A DNA stretch of 64,000 nucleotides from Iphione sp. A-MEVVRFRX5 (GCA_976226885.1 OZ320316.1:90768001-90832000), one strand, 5' to 3'. Shown: positions 26,346-40,249, numbered from the stretch's first letter. Translations and numbers: made by a program. Notes: generated from the letters alone by a model not told the origin.

Positions 26346-27237
26346 GAAATAACATTGTCTCCACAGCTCAAGCTTTCCTAACACCTCTGTCTCTTTTCTC
26401 TTTTCCCCTCTCTCTCTGTCTCTCCTCTCAAGTACAACCAATGAATGCACAAAGAAGGTGGTGTGGTGTAGTAGCAGTAGGGGCAGTAGGGAGTAGAAGT
26501 GGGAGGGAATCAGAGGCAAACAAAGGGAATAGGAAAAAAGGAGGGAAGAAACTATTGGAATAGAAGAGGGACTACGCGAAGGAGAAGAGTAGGAGGAACA
26601 GGAGCCTATCTGCCCCTCCCTATACCTTTTGTCTCCACTGTTTCCATTAGATATCCTCTTCCTCTCTTTATCTGTGTCTCTTCCTTTCCACTTCTGTTTA
26701 TGTTACTCTTCTCACTATTCCCCTTTCTGCCTCCTTTCCTTCCGTTCTCCTTTACTTTTTCCTTCTTTCGCCTCTCTCCCTTTTCTCTCCTAGTATTTCG
26801 CTCTTCTTATTTCGCCTTTCACCCTTTCATCCTGTTTTTCCCTTTCTTCTTTTGCCCTGTTTCTCCTCATTTTCCCTCTCTATATCCCTGTCCCTTCCTC
26901 ACTGTCTGTCTCACACATCTACAGATCTCCTCTGACTGGCCGAGCTTCATACCAAATGGCTTAATGGCCCAGAGACACTTCACCTTCCATGATAAGATTA
27001 GCACTCTCCTATACTGGGTCCCTGCTGCTCATTTAACTCTATGGTTGGGCTAATAGGTATTGTTGTCCTCCAGAGAGGTACACATGAGCAGAAACTGATG
27101 AAGGTGCCTGCGTTCCCTAGGAATACTGTGGCAGGCCAAACGCTATTGGACTTAATCTTAATGCCATGCAATGTATGGGGGGGAGATAGGGAGTGTCTGT
27201 GTTTGAGAGTGTGTCAGTGTGATTGAGTGTGCATGAA

Positions 27238-27450
27238 TGACAGGAAAAAATATGAAAAAGGACAAAAATAATGCCAAAAGTTGTGAAAAACAGCAGAAAT
27301 GACAGGAAATATGATGTAAAAGGACAAAATTGATGCTAAAAGTCACAAAAAACAGCAGAAATGACGGGAAAAATGATGTAAAAGGACGAAAATGATGCTA
27401 AAGGTTGTGAAAAATGGCAAAAATGAAGAGAAAAATGATATAAAAGGACA
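27238..27450 (+). repeat. 62-bp minisatellite, ~3.5 copies
   Basis: TGA(C/A)..GAAA..ATGAT.TAAAAGGAC units start at 27238, 27300, 27362 and 27424. Confidence 0.85.
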
Positions 27451-28502
27451 CACATGTGGGGAAATGTGTGGTAATGACACTCAAAAGTGAGTAAAAGTGA
27501 ATAAAAACAAGTAAATAAGAAGAAATACCAGTGCATTGGTGTGCGTTGCCATGCGTTTGTGGCAAATTTATGGTCCCGGCCCAAAAACGGTCAACACATG
27601 ACAACGCAAGTCAACGCACACAGACAGCCACTGCAGGTATAGAACACCCTCCACTGTTTCTCTATATACCATTAATAATGCATACAAATGCAAAGAATCG
27701 CACACACATACCACCGCAGGTATGGAAACCGGGGCTAAGACATGGACAGTTTGAAAGGGGACCAGGATGCATGTAAACTATATGCATGTAAGTATATGTG
27801 CACCTGTACGTCTGGCAGTCTTTGGAAACTGATGCCGCAGAAATTTGCAAGACATAGTACTTTGATGAAGGATTCGTAACACCTGAAGATTATTCGAGTA
27901 CATCTATTTCCTTTTCTTTGACTAGAACAAGTGACAATTGAAACGGAAAGTCTTCTCCAGAAGAAATTAAACATGCTGGAGGAATAAAAGCTTAAGAAGC
28001 AAGAATTTCACAATTGGCCAGACACTCGTTCATCCCCCTAGGCGAATGAAAAAATCATTCTAAAATCAATTCTATTACAGAAGAAAAGACATTTCTGAAA
28101 TTCAATCCAATTAAAGGTTACCAATAACTCAAATGAAGCTATCATTAACCTCATAAAAATGAATGCTAAGCGATTCCACTTTTTCTCGCTTTGCCGAGAC
28201 TGATAAATGCACGACTAACAAGTTTTCAGGATAAATGCCATAGTTTTTTTTGGTTTCTTTTTTTACAAATTTAAATTTATAGGCAAGTTTGACGGAGATG
28301 CGATTGTTCCATTTTGGATAGTCTCATGTCATTTATTACGGCATCTTGGTGTAGCGTTTAAAATATAAATATATTTTTTAAGTTAAAGTGGTATATGTCC
28401 ATCCAAATTACATAGTATTCCTATGTTTATGATTGACAAAACCGGGAGGATATGGAAGATCCCTGTCATATGATAGGTGAATATATTCCTGGTAAAAGAT
28501 AC

Positions 28503-28526
28503 AATGAAATGAAATGAAATGAAATG
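28503..28526 (+). repeat. (AAATG)n microsatellite, ~5 units
   Basis: Direct reading; could be a retroposon tail. Confidence 0.8.
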
Positions 28527-29210
28527 ATGGGAAACTCAAATTCAAGAAACAACCTGTCAACCAAAGATTATGCTATTTGTTTTAACTTACATGTACTTCC
28601 ACATATGAAATATACAAATCTATTAATATATTGTGTCACGAGATCTCCAACTTCATAATCACCCTGTAGAGAGACAGCTTTAGCAAGGACAGACTGCTCA
28701 CTGGACAATTTTTGTATTTTTGTGGGCATCGGGAAATATATGAATCAAAATGTACAGAAGGAGAAACACAGAGCACATTTCTATGTAGATTTCAGGGTAC
28801 ACAACTTTTGACACAGTCATCCCTAAACAGTGTCCGTTCTCTACGTAGGCCTACTTGGAGGGTTAGGTTACAATTACACATTCTTGATTTAAATAAATAT
28901 AGGTTTCTTTCCCTCGGTAAATTAGTCAAAAGCGTTTCGGGTGTTTTCCTAGAGTAGTTTTCTTACATGTTTTAGCTTGAACTCAGAAAATCAATGCTTA
29001 ACCGGAGAAAAAACTGACATTTAACTGCGTGCCACTTTCGCCTCTCAGCTGCAGGAGTTCTGATCAATGTGTTACATTGGGCAAAGAAATGAAACGGATT
29101 GTTTTTATTGCATTTTCTTGACTAAATTTCATCATAAACCACTCATACAAATGACCGTGTTAAGTTAATGAGGCCATAAGGTCAACCTCTCGCCCTCGGC
29201 TAGTAGGGTG

Positions 29211-29285
29211 TCCCTTTTAACTCAGACGGATAGGTGTTGGCCTGTCATGCCAAAGATTTCGGGTTCAATTCCCCACTGGTGCTAG
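29211..29285 (+). pseudogene. tRNA-Asp(GTC)-derived pseudogene or SINE head
   Basis: Perfect anticodon arm TTGGC-CTGTCAT-GCCAA (29237-29253, anticodon GTC at 29244-29246); A-box-like TAACTCAGACGG; B box GGGTTCAATTCCC; acceptor and D stems degenerate. Confidence 0.6.
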
Positions 29286-32200
29286 CTCCTCAAGACCAGA
29301 AGTCTTCATAAACTAAAAACTGCATTTCTTTGAGTTTCTATAGGGCCTAATTATTTACCCGATCTCTCTAGAATATCATTTCGGATTTGAGTATCTGGCA
29401 ATGATGACGTGTGAGGTGACCATATTCCCTTACATTTCTTTATACAGCTCAATGGTTTTGAATGTACTCTTATCAGTTTTCCGAGAGTCCCCTTTCGTGA
29501 GAGAGATTATGAGAACACTGTACAAATAAAAGCGTTTGTCTCGAGGGCGAATTTAGATCTCTAATTTCGGGTATGCTGCCTGATTTGTCCAAATGGTCTT
29601 TATATTTTCGGGGTGGAGTGACTACTATCATTAAAGTAGTATGACACCTCCCTGCATAGCTCAGCTGTGAACATCGGGCCGCAGCTTCAGTTTCGTCCAG
29701 CAGCCCTTCTTACATTTAAATTGAAGCCTTCGAAACATTATTCAAATAATATGCTAAACTTTCCCTCTAATATTGTTGTCTGAAGAGAAGAGAAATTTTC
29801 TTGAATAACCAGGATTGAGCATGATATAACACACCATTAATGTATTTGTACTGCTATGGTACATGTGTATACTGCTTGTTAGTTATGACTTTAGGTAATA
29901 TGATTAAAAATGAAAAACCTTCATCTCTGTATGTGATACAAAGGTGCAATGGATCCAAATGGCTTAGCATCTGCAAACCGTACTTCAGACACTCTGATCC
30001 AATCCATATATAATAATCTCCCGACTGTCTGGACTATCCCTAACTCTCATGGGAATTCTAAGGGTAACATGGTTCCCATCCCTGGTTCCATTTGTATGAT
30101 ATTCCCCATGCAATCTGCAGGAAATTCCATACATCTGCACTAGTGTGCCTTTGTCCGGTTTCAAGGAAACGCTCATTCCGCAATACATGTTGGCTGATTT
30201 TTAAACAAGCTGATTCACATTATAGTTTCTCAGGTTCTCAGGTTTTTAGTTTTGTGCCAACTCGTTACGCACTCCTCAGTTCAGACCTAAGTTCTTGCTC
30301 TTGTAGAGATTGCAACCTTTACGTTTTACTGCAAATTTCTCCTGACCGTACCTTGCTGCTGCTATGCTCCGAAGGACATGTTCTGCAGACTGATACCTAC
30401 ACCTCCTATAAACAGCAGTGTGGCTCAAATATGGGGGTGCCCTGTATGAATTGCTACGGTATTGTTTAACACTATTTCTACCGGTCTTAGTTCGGAAAGC
30501 AATTCCTTAACAATAAGAATGATGCCCTTTTTGGACCATCCAACTGCAACTCAACACCATTCACCTTGGCCTTTTCGCCCGTTTTCTAAGCGACAGTTGC
30601 TATCAATTATAGTTTAGATTGTGGTCCTCTATGGCTCCTACTGTGACATCCTGTCTTGTGTAGTTGTGCAAAAAATGCTTCATTGCAAAATCCTTTTCTG
30701 TGTATCCTCACTTGAAAAGCCAACCGAACACACCTCTCGATCAAGCAGCCTCTGTTTTTCCAAGTCATTACACATTAACAACTGTGGTTGTCATAATTCA
30801 TGTTAGCCACGTGGAGTGTCTTTATGTCGACATAAACTTCTCAAGTGCAGCTGTTCTCCCTTCCATTTCTACGGATTTGGTACATGGGTCTTCACATTTT
30901 TCCTTTATCAATTTATTTCCGTTTGCACAGCTTTGACAGGACTCTTTAGCTGCTGAACTTTGCCAAATCTCTTTACAACTGATAATCTCATTCGGTTGCA
31001 CGGGGGGAATCTTCATCTAGATCGTTAGTATCTTGGGGAAACCCGCATACTCTCCCACATGATGATAAAATAGAACAAATGATTCAGTTATTTTAACACA
31101 GCCCTTTAAAATGAGGCATTTCAGTTACTGGGGAAATTCCCTTGAGCAAGAAATAGGTCTTCCCTAGCTATTAAGGGTTCTTGTTTGGAATTATAAAACA
31201 CTAGGGCGGAACCCACATACAATAAGATGTACATCCTTTTTGAGAAATCAGCATTATGTATTACAGTGCCTGTTCCATCAAAATTACTTGCACTTAGCAA
31301 AACATTTTTCTCAGTATAGGCAGTTACCATGTCTTGTATTATTTTGTAACGATGGCTTTAAAATGTTTCCAAATAGGTAGAATTCGTGGATTTAGTGTTG
31401 CAAAAACAGATTTTCAGTTTCCAAACAGAAATGTACTTATAAGGAAATGTGTAAAGACAGATTGAAAAATAGACCAAATGGCCTAATATACTATTAGACA
31501 ATTGGACAGCTAAATCTATATGAATATTCATCCCTCAAAGTATAGATCGTAAGAGTCCAAAGAAGCTGAGGTTTCCCAAAGGCTTATCAGACAATCTTAC
31601 AAACATCTTCTAGCTGCAGAGCTGTGCAGTTACACTTGCAGTTACACTTGGCGAACTTGACAAATGTGAGAACATGATGTATTAAAAACTGTGTTATTCA
31701 GTCCATAGTCGAGACGGGTATGATACTGCTGTATTCTGAAAATCTACCTGCAATAATCCTAGCTACATGTATTTAATATCCTATTTACAGCAAAAATCAA
31801 GTACCCACTAAACTGGTACGAGTCATTCAGCGATCAAAGAAATGGCATACTAGTACTTATGGACCAATAGTCTTTGAAACACTGAGGTTTTAAGTAGTAA
31901 CAAGCTAGTTTATTCAAGAGACATGGGTCTTGGAAGCTTATCAGAAGTTTCACTGTGAAATTAGAAATTCAAACTTATTTTCGTCTTATTCACGTGGTAA
32001 ATCAAAATATGCAAGATACATGTAGACGCCACTGTGATATACATGTTTTACAGAAAGGGATTTGTTGAAGCATACAGGTTCACATTTTATATTTACATAG
32101 GTGTCTGAGATGTGATAACTCTGTGAATATTAGTACCATTTTATGAATGTATATCATCCTAACATGGCTTCCGTTCATCATATCCGGTAAAAAGAGTCGT

Positions 32201-33012
32201 AGTGATGCCCTCTAGATTAAGTTAAACAAATGGTGTCATGTAGAAAATCTGGTAAATCAGCCCTGTCAATCAAAAAATGTTTGGTATCACTTCGTTATAA
32301 GTGAGAGACTAGGAGGAGACTGAATACAAGCATCAGCCTAAATAGGCGCAAGACTGCCATGTTACACATCTAGGTTTTAGTAATGAAACTCAAAGAAAAT
32401 GTATATGTAGTATGACTTTTCATAGAGATAGAGATAGGATATTGCCAAACATTAGCACTGCATTGCAATAATCCTGATCCAATGTAATGTGATCATCTAC
32501 CGTTTTCTCTCTCTACCAATATACTGTGTTGTCTGTGTCGACGAATGTACTGAAAGATCTCAATGTATAACCACCATTGTACTATGAGAAATAAATGAAC
32601 GAATATTCAATTTAATTCTATCACTGGCTAATATCCTACCCAGGCACACTTCTATGAAGGACGATGTCCAAGTCACATGAGAGTAATATCACCCGTGTAG
32701 ATATCAGTGCCTAGCATCCTACTAGCTAAAGGTAAACACTTTAAAGCAATTGCCAAAATACAGTCACTAATGTAGATCCTGATATTAGAGGCAAGAGCCC
32801 TATCAAGCCAATCAAGGCAATGGGAAAGCTGCAAAGTATGTTATCAAAGAGGAGCAATCAGTATGGATTGAAGAGTAAGATAGTAGGTAGAATAAAACTT
32901 TTAAGTCACGGTTAGCACCTAGGGCAAAGAGTAACCAAAATAGACAGTTGCTTGTGCACATACCTAGATCAAACATAAGAGACTTATCAAGACCACAAGA
33001 CCAAGCCCACTG

Positions 33013-33787
33013 GTGACTGTTTACTTTTTGTCAGACTGGGACCCATGGAATTCAAGCTTGGAGTCAATTAAATACAAACATCACACCCTACATAGACAAA
33101 TGAGGATAAAAATTCTTGGATATACCATAAATGAAAGCCTAACCTGGAAAGAATCAATAAACACAACCATCAGTCGGATGTGGTCAAGTGCATACGCAAT
33201 AGGGAAATTTAAAAAATATATCCCCCCGAAATTGAGAACAATCTTGTTTAAATTATATATATACCCATTTATTGATTACCTCTCTCCTATAATATGCAGA
33301 GCAAAGAAACAATTTCTGGTCAAACTACAAAAGAACTACAATATATGTGCTAGACTCATTATAAGCAGAAGATTAGCTGGAAATAAGCAGAACCCAGTCT
33401 TGGTATATGACATAGATAGCATGAACTATAGAATCTGGTTAGGTACACTACAATTGTTGCATCTCTTGATATTAACTAACCGGTTACCCCTGAAAGAAAA
33501 AAGTAAAACCAGATCAGGTTCAGAAAGACAAATCATGCTATATAAGTCAAAAAGAAAAATTATTCGTAGGTCTATGTTTGAAGTTGGAGCTCTATTGTGG
33601 AATAAACTGCCTCCAACTGTAAAGAACTGTAATACTATGAAGGAATTTTACAAGCAATTGAACAAATTATAAGTCTGTATAATACTGATTGTACAATACT
33701 ATTGAGCATGTACCTACTGTGTCCACTGCGGAAGAGCTCTGTCTGGAGATGTTTCTGTGACAATAAACATTGCATTCATTCATTCAT
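33013..33787 (+). mobile_element. 5'-truncated L2/CR1-type LINE: RT C-terminus, 3'UTR and (CATT)n tail
   Basis: KILGYTINESLTWKESINTTISRMWSSAYAIGKFKKYIPPKLRTILFKLYIYPFIDYLSP...LWNKLPPTVKNCNTMKEFYKQL is the typical C-terminal part of L2/CR1 ORF2. It ends with AATAAAC followed by GCATTCATTCATTCAT (~33762-33786), an L2-like tail. Confidence 0.85.
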
Positions 33788-35604
33788 GCCCTCAGTTCAT
33801 AGTATTGTGAGGGATGAGCTGGGTGACAGGTTACCAGTCTAAATGATATTTTAAGACATCTTCATCCTGTACACACATATGTAGGGATGAAATAAATGCC
33901 ATTTTGCTCTAATGATGTGATTCGGTGATGTAATGGGTAGGAATAATACAACTTTTACTATTTGTCTACGTTGTAACTGGGTTGACACTCTGAAAATGGC
34001 AACAAACAGGGTTAACCTCATAAATTTGGGGAGTCGAGTTGATTTGGAATAACTCCGAAAAGGTACATCCTGGAACCACTAGAAACTGGGCATTAGAGAC
34101 AAACGCAAACTAGATACTAATTGCTATTTTTTGTTTTGAGTAAGGTTTATTGTTCTCTTGGCATAAAAATGACGAGACCAACACAAACTAATGAAGATAG
34201 GATGGTGGATACCTCATGCAAAAGACAAGAAAGTGATATTGTTTGGTATACGGTAACAATTAAGTAATTTCTCGTTTTCTGGTGGATAACTTCAAGTGGC
34301 TTCATATTGGCAACCATTGATGACATTAGAAACTATTTATGGAAGTGCCGAGAAAGGATCGGCGTTTCATTTGCAGTTTTGGAGGATGTTACTATTGAGT
34401 TGTTCACGATCGAGACATACAATACCTAATCTAGCGTAATGGTTTAGTTTGCCAACTGTAACTTTTTACTTCATCGAATGTAAGCAAGACCTTCCAGTAG
34501 TAATAACACTTCATTCATCTGGCACTACTTTCTAACGTAGTTTCTCTCAGTCTTGCACTCTCTTTGATGCTATTGGATGCTTTGTCCGTAGCATCTACGT
34601 ATCTACGTCGGTGGTTCTGGAGTAATTTGTTGCTTGCAGACTGGAGTGTTATCTCCTCACGCTTGGTTGGATAGCTGAAGTGGCCAACTGTAAGGCAGAA
34701 CACTGGCAGTCATCCATGTGAATATATCAGTAGTACATTGGGGGGTAACATCGCGTCTATGAATAAACAGATTTTAATTATTTTTTCTTTGTCATTGAAC
34801 AATTTCAAAAGGACAAATGGGGACATTATCAACATATTCTAGAAGTGGACATATTCAGACAATCAAAAACCACGTACAAGCAAAACCAAAACAATATCTT
34901 TGATGTGCACATGTATATAGATAAGCAAGCCTAAATTATTCGGTTACCGGTGATCGCACTCACAGTGGCCAAATTTTATTGTAGTTTTAGGCATATTCCT
35001 AGCCCTCTGAATGAATGGATTCTTTTAACGTTACGATAGAACTATCCAATAGTATAAATACTTACAAGAATTCTGTTGTAACTATTCAAATACTAATTTT
35101 CTGGTATATAAAGCTGTGACAGTATGCGGAATAAATAGCTGGATAACACCAATAATATTACATGTATCATTAAATCATTTAGGTTAGTAACATTTAGGTG
35201 AAACTCAATCTTTGTGTGGTGACTACAAACTTGCTGGTTCAGAGAGGTCACTGGATAGGTGAGATGACCATATCCTAAGGATCTGTTGACGATGACCGAT
35301 CCTGTAACTAGGGATCCCAGGGTTTGGCTGAATCCCCTACAGAGAAGTTTAATTCCACTTAGATACAAGGCACCTGATTTCTGAAAAATAATCTTACGGT
35401 TTTTCTGCTTTGCATTGTCCCACAGAATCGTAAAACTGAATCAATATTTGGATGTTATCAATATACCTATGAAAAATAATACACATTAGTTACACTTGAA
35501 CCAATACAATGCATTTCCCCTCTAGTTCAGGCACCTGAGTCAACATCTCTGGATATATGCCTATCTAAAATGCAATTTTGACCTAGGGTGCCAAAACAGC
35601 TATA

Positions 35605-37462
35605 CAGTTGACTCTACCCCCGTGACATGTCTACAATGCAGATGGATCTGAAATGCAGATGATTCAGTGCAGAACGGAATGAATTCCCATACTTAACCTA
35701 TATAACAAGACAGCTCTAATCAGGACAGCCATTTTTGCAGAGCATCCCCCTGCAGACACGGAGTTGTCACAGTACTTTTAAAGGAACAAGCGCCTTCGGA
35801 GCTTGCACCGGTTGTTTACAGGGTGGGGGAATTTTCTATGATGACGTCATCAATGGGAAACCCCCATTCAGTCAGCGGCCGAGTCAGCAGAGCTGGGCAC
35901 CCAAGGAAAATAGTCCCCCTCTCCCAAATTCTTTTTCTTACTGCTGTATTCTAATAATATTTTGTAGTCTTGAAATGCAAGTTTTTAAGAAAGGGGCCTT
36001 TATGAAGTGTAAATATGTATAAAGGATTGATTTTCTTAAGCAAAGGAAGGAACCGCTTGACCGATCTACTTTCAACCCACTTCCGGCAGCCGTTTTAAAA
36101 GAGGGAGTGTAAAAACAAGCCTCCAAAGTCAAATGAGTGGGCCACTGCAACAACCAGGGTATGTATACATGTGACCTCATGCCTCTGGTGTTATGGATAC
36201 AAGGATGATGAAAGGGATAGGTGTGGTTTTGATTTCAAGGTGTTCTATTGGGCTTGGCCAGCTCAAAAGCATCTTGGAGACAGCATCTTTGATGTCCTCA
36301 CATGTATACAATTGCAATTGTCACCTCTGTGGTTTGGCTCGACATTGAATGCATACATAATGCCTGCAGAGATGAGGGACCTGACCCTAGGGGAGAAGGT
36401 TGAAATCATAAAACATTCTCCAAGCTGCAGGCTATGACAAGTAGCAGAACAGTTTGGAGTGGGCAAGACCCAAGTCGGCTCAATTTTTAAGAGAAAAGCT
36501 GAAATTATGGACGATTATGAGAAATGTGGGGATCCCACAGCCAAGAGGCATTGTCTGGCAGCAACAGCATCAACACTGGATGAAAGAGTCTTCTCCATTT
36601 TCAGCTGCATCTGTTCTCTCTGGTCCAATGATTTGTAGGAAAGCCTTATCCATTGGCAAGGAATTCGGTATGGATTATTTCAAGGGATCATCAGGATGGT
36701 TGATGAAATTTAAGAAACACCACTCCATAGGAGGCTTTAGGATCGTTGGCAAGAAAGCTGCAAGTCAACGAATGAGTGGTAGAGACATACATAGAGCACC
36801 TACCTGGAGAGGGTATGTGCCAAGAGACATCTTCAACATTGATGAAAGTGGTTTATTCTACAGGGCATATCAGATCATATTCTCTCGGTCAGGGGGTCAG
36901 AAAGAAAGCAAAGGAGAAAATTACAGCAGTTTTCTGTATGAATGCACTTGAAGAATTCTAAAAGACTCTTGTCACTGGGAGGTCAGCATGTCCCAGGTGT
37001 TAGCGGAATGTGAACGACCTATCATCTCTCCCAGTTGTGTGGAGAACCAATGAAAGAGCATGGATGACAACTGCTTTGTTTAAAGAGCGGCTACACTCAT
37101 TCAATAGGAAGATGAGAGCTCAGGGCAGAAAAGTGTGCTTACTTATGGATAGTGCCCCCTCACACCCCTCAGTAACATCAAGGTTACCTCCCACCAAAGG
37201 CCACCTCGGTTCCACAACCTCTGGACTAGGAAATAATCCAGGCCATCAAGCTCCACTACAAGAAGGCATTCCTCCAGTATGTTGTGGGGATCACCAAGAC
37301 CCTAGGGCAACTATTGCCACTGTAGATATGCAGCTGGTGGTGTCTTTTGGTTGAAGGCTGCAGTGAAGGCGGTCAGGGCAACCACAGTTGAGTCATGCTT
37401 CATCAGGTTGGGGGTCAGTTTGGGTAAGAACGGTGGGTGTCCGCATTTGGGAAAGTCAACTG
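35605..37462 (+). mobile_element. pogo/Tigger-family DNA transposon (~1.86 kb) with TIRs and TA TSD
   Basis: Left end TA|CAGTTGACTCT (35603-35615); right end AAAGTCAACTG|TA (37452-37464); 11-bp TIR core with one mismatch, starting CAGTTGAC as in Tigger-type ends; encloses a transposase pseudogene. Confidence 0.78.
36372..37420 (+). pseudogene. Tigger/CENP-B-like (DDE_1) transposase pseudogene
   Basis: MRDLTLGEKVEIIK...QVAEQFGVGKTQVGSIFKRK (HTH), LSGPMICRKALSIGKEFGMDYFKGSSGWLMKFKKHH (Tc5-type HTH), DIFNIDESGLFYRA (first D), AWMTTALFKERLHSFNRKMRAQGRKVCLLMDSAPSHP (second D), QPLD*EII, TTVESCFIRLG; several stops and frameshifts. Confidence 0.9.
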
Positions 37463-40249
37463 TACTTCCCTAATTTAGACGTTTATTGGTTAAAGATAGA
37501 ACTTTCTCTCAGACAGAATCTGTTTATAACATGAGATGAATCTCACGCTCTACAAGTCAATTACATGGACCCTTCAGTTCCTAAACATTACAAGTGAGGT
37601 AGCTAGGGTGAGTGAGGTTAAGGGTGCCATTAACTGTGCATCTTAAACCTCATACTTGCCAAACGTTTGGAATAGGTCACTGATGCCGGAGGTCATTGCT
37701 CAGGTCTTAGTGATTCTTCAATCAGTCATTAATCGGATACTCGCTTGACTCCGATGGCATCCTGTGGCATGTTTTCCAGTGGATGACTGCAGGTGCATCC
37801 GGGCAAGCTAATACGTTCTCGAAGGACCCTTTTCACAGCTAGATCTGTCTATATTCTTTCACCCGCACTTGAATATCTCTTTCGGATAAACTTAACGCGG
37901 AAACATCCAAGTCATATGGCAGAAGAAATGGCATGAATGATGGGCGTGGAAAATCATAAAATATCGCGGTGCTGGAACAGAAACTTCTGACCATTTGTCA
38001 TCACAATACGCGGCACGCTTCCTTGTTGTTTGCGGATGTTTCCTGTCGCAGGATTGGTTGCACGTAATGTTTGGTCTTCAAATCAGGACCACTGTTGTCA
38101 TCGCGAATTAAACGGCAGGGTGAGCGTGATCAAAACTCAGGAGATGCATAGATAATTCTTCCTCTTACGTTTCTTTTCGCTACAAATAGACCAAACACAG
38201 ATCAATATCCATCCCATGCGAGAGAAGAATACGTAACGTCTATCAATGCCTTCATACAATGGAAACACTTGAAATATATGTAGTCGTCAAATACGACTGA
38301 TGATGACCTCACGCCTCTATGCACAAGTCGACTTCTTATATCTTGGAACTATTGGTGTGGATAGACTGTATTTAAGATAAATGAGGTTAAGCATGTGATT
38401 ATTTCGCAGATTTGGAACATTAAGAACCCAAATGCAACCGATCGGAAGCCATGAACGCATCCATGTCAGGGACGAGTGGCCATCAAGTGTTTCAAAGGAC
38501 CACCCTTGTCAATCAAGGCTGTTTCGAGGCGTGATAAACGGTGTTACTAAATGCATCGTCCACTTCGGTGGTCCCTTCTCACCGTGCTTTCAACGTTCTT
38601 GATTGTACTCTCTGTTTCTAACACGAGAGAAACTGGTGCTTGCATTTGTCATGCAAACAATATTGAAATTTCAACGACTTAATTTGCTTTATGCGTCAAT
38701 ATCTTTGCCAATAATGAGTGAATTTAACCCATTAATAATTTTAGATGACATTATAACGGTTCTCAAAATAGCGCCATCACTGTGGGACTGCTTAGTGTCT
38801 AATACACTGAAAAATGAATTCAGCTCTATTGGAATTATGGCATTCAGGGAACAACAGGCCGTGTATGTTTAGTGTACCAATTCACAGCTTTTGGAACGCT
38901 TGGCTGAAACGGTCTGTTTTTCGCAGTGAGGCCCGCAGGCCGGTTGAATATAGTTTTGGCTTAATGGCAGCCAATCAACCTCACTAATGCAAGTAACGCC
39001 CAAGCACCAGGCGATCGTTAGTGTGCCTGTCCGCCACTTTGTGGCGTGGTGGTCCGACAAGACCGTGTTGCAGCACCGCGGCCCTCTACATTTGCTCCTA
39101 GGCGTACACGTGAGTGGGTCAGAATAGCCTGCGTGAAGCACTATCTCCTTACAGTCACCATGGTCACCGCCTTGCAAGGCCACATGATCTGCCGGGTCCT
39201 TTACAGGGGAGGTTTAAGAAGAGCGGGCGACAACCTCAACTCACAGAATCGAAAGTAGATCCTCACCTGCAGGTACGTTCAGGAGACACAATTGGCCACG
39301 CAGGCCCCACTCTGGTAATAGCGAATCATATTTTCGTTACCACCCACATTGTTCACGGGGTGGTTTCAATGTGCCTTGTTACATTGACCACATTTACTGC
39401 CGGACACATAGTAAGGTTAAGATCTGAGGCAATTCTACTCCCCATCCCTGAGATGGCATGTGGAGCTTGGACAATTCAGCAAGACAGCTGAACATCTGAT
39501 TGCTCTGCGGACGAATTCACCTCAGGAAGCGGCATCGGGTCGACTGCAATAATAACAGTAAGTCATGCAAAACCGCATCATAATTTCTTCCGTCAGCGAC
39601 TTACCTTTGGCAAAATGTATTTTATGAACCTCCGGCAGAAAATCATCTTACATCAACGTTACCTTCTTCTAGCATAGTATTGAGAATCACCATTTTTACA
39701 AGCCGGCAGTTTAACCCAGATCGAGCTGTTCGGAGCAGCTCAAATGTATGCAGCCAAACGTTCAAAGCGAATAGGATCTCTTAGAGGCAGCAGGCAACAA
39801 ACGTTGAGCAACAGCTGCTCTCAGTAGCATTATAGATCACACAGAATTGGACAAGAACAAGAAACTCCATAATATAGAAGAGCTGTCAAGTCTAATTTGA
39901 CGACGAGTTGTATTCTTTGAGGAAGACATTCTTCGTACGAAAGAGGTCTAATGAGGCAGTAAGTTTTCAGAAGCTGTTATTTAATATGTAGTCCCAACTA
40001 TTAATGAAACAGAAGTTACATCCTTCGTTTCAGCTATTTGCATTTCTGAAATAACAATACTTTAGTGCCAGGACACACGCGGGTTAACCTGTGTGTTTCT
40101 GTTTTAACACTATTAAGTTATTTTTATCCATTGTTATAACTTATGAAGACACACATGGGAGACACCGTGGTTGTGATCCTGGTCTAGCCCTCAACTAGAT
40201 TCCCTTAGGAAGGAGTGATAAGTGATCGTTACTGTGTCAGGCGTGCGTT

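Noticed and set aside
26499-27053. 184-aa Phe/Leu/Pro-rich plus-strand ORF resembling a membrane protein
   Set aside because: Translation of a polypyrimidine low-complexity tract next to the Penelope element.
27095-27125. CTGATGA hammerhead box and a 13-mer (ATGAAGGTGCCTG) matching the Penelope 3' end in inverted orientation
   Set aside because: No downstream GAAA box and no similarity beyond the 13-mer; probably chance.
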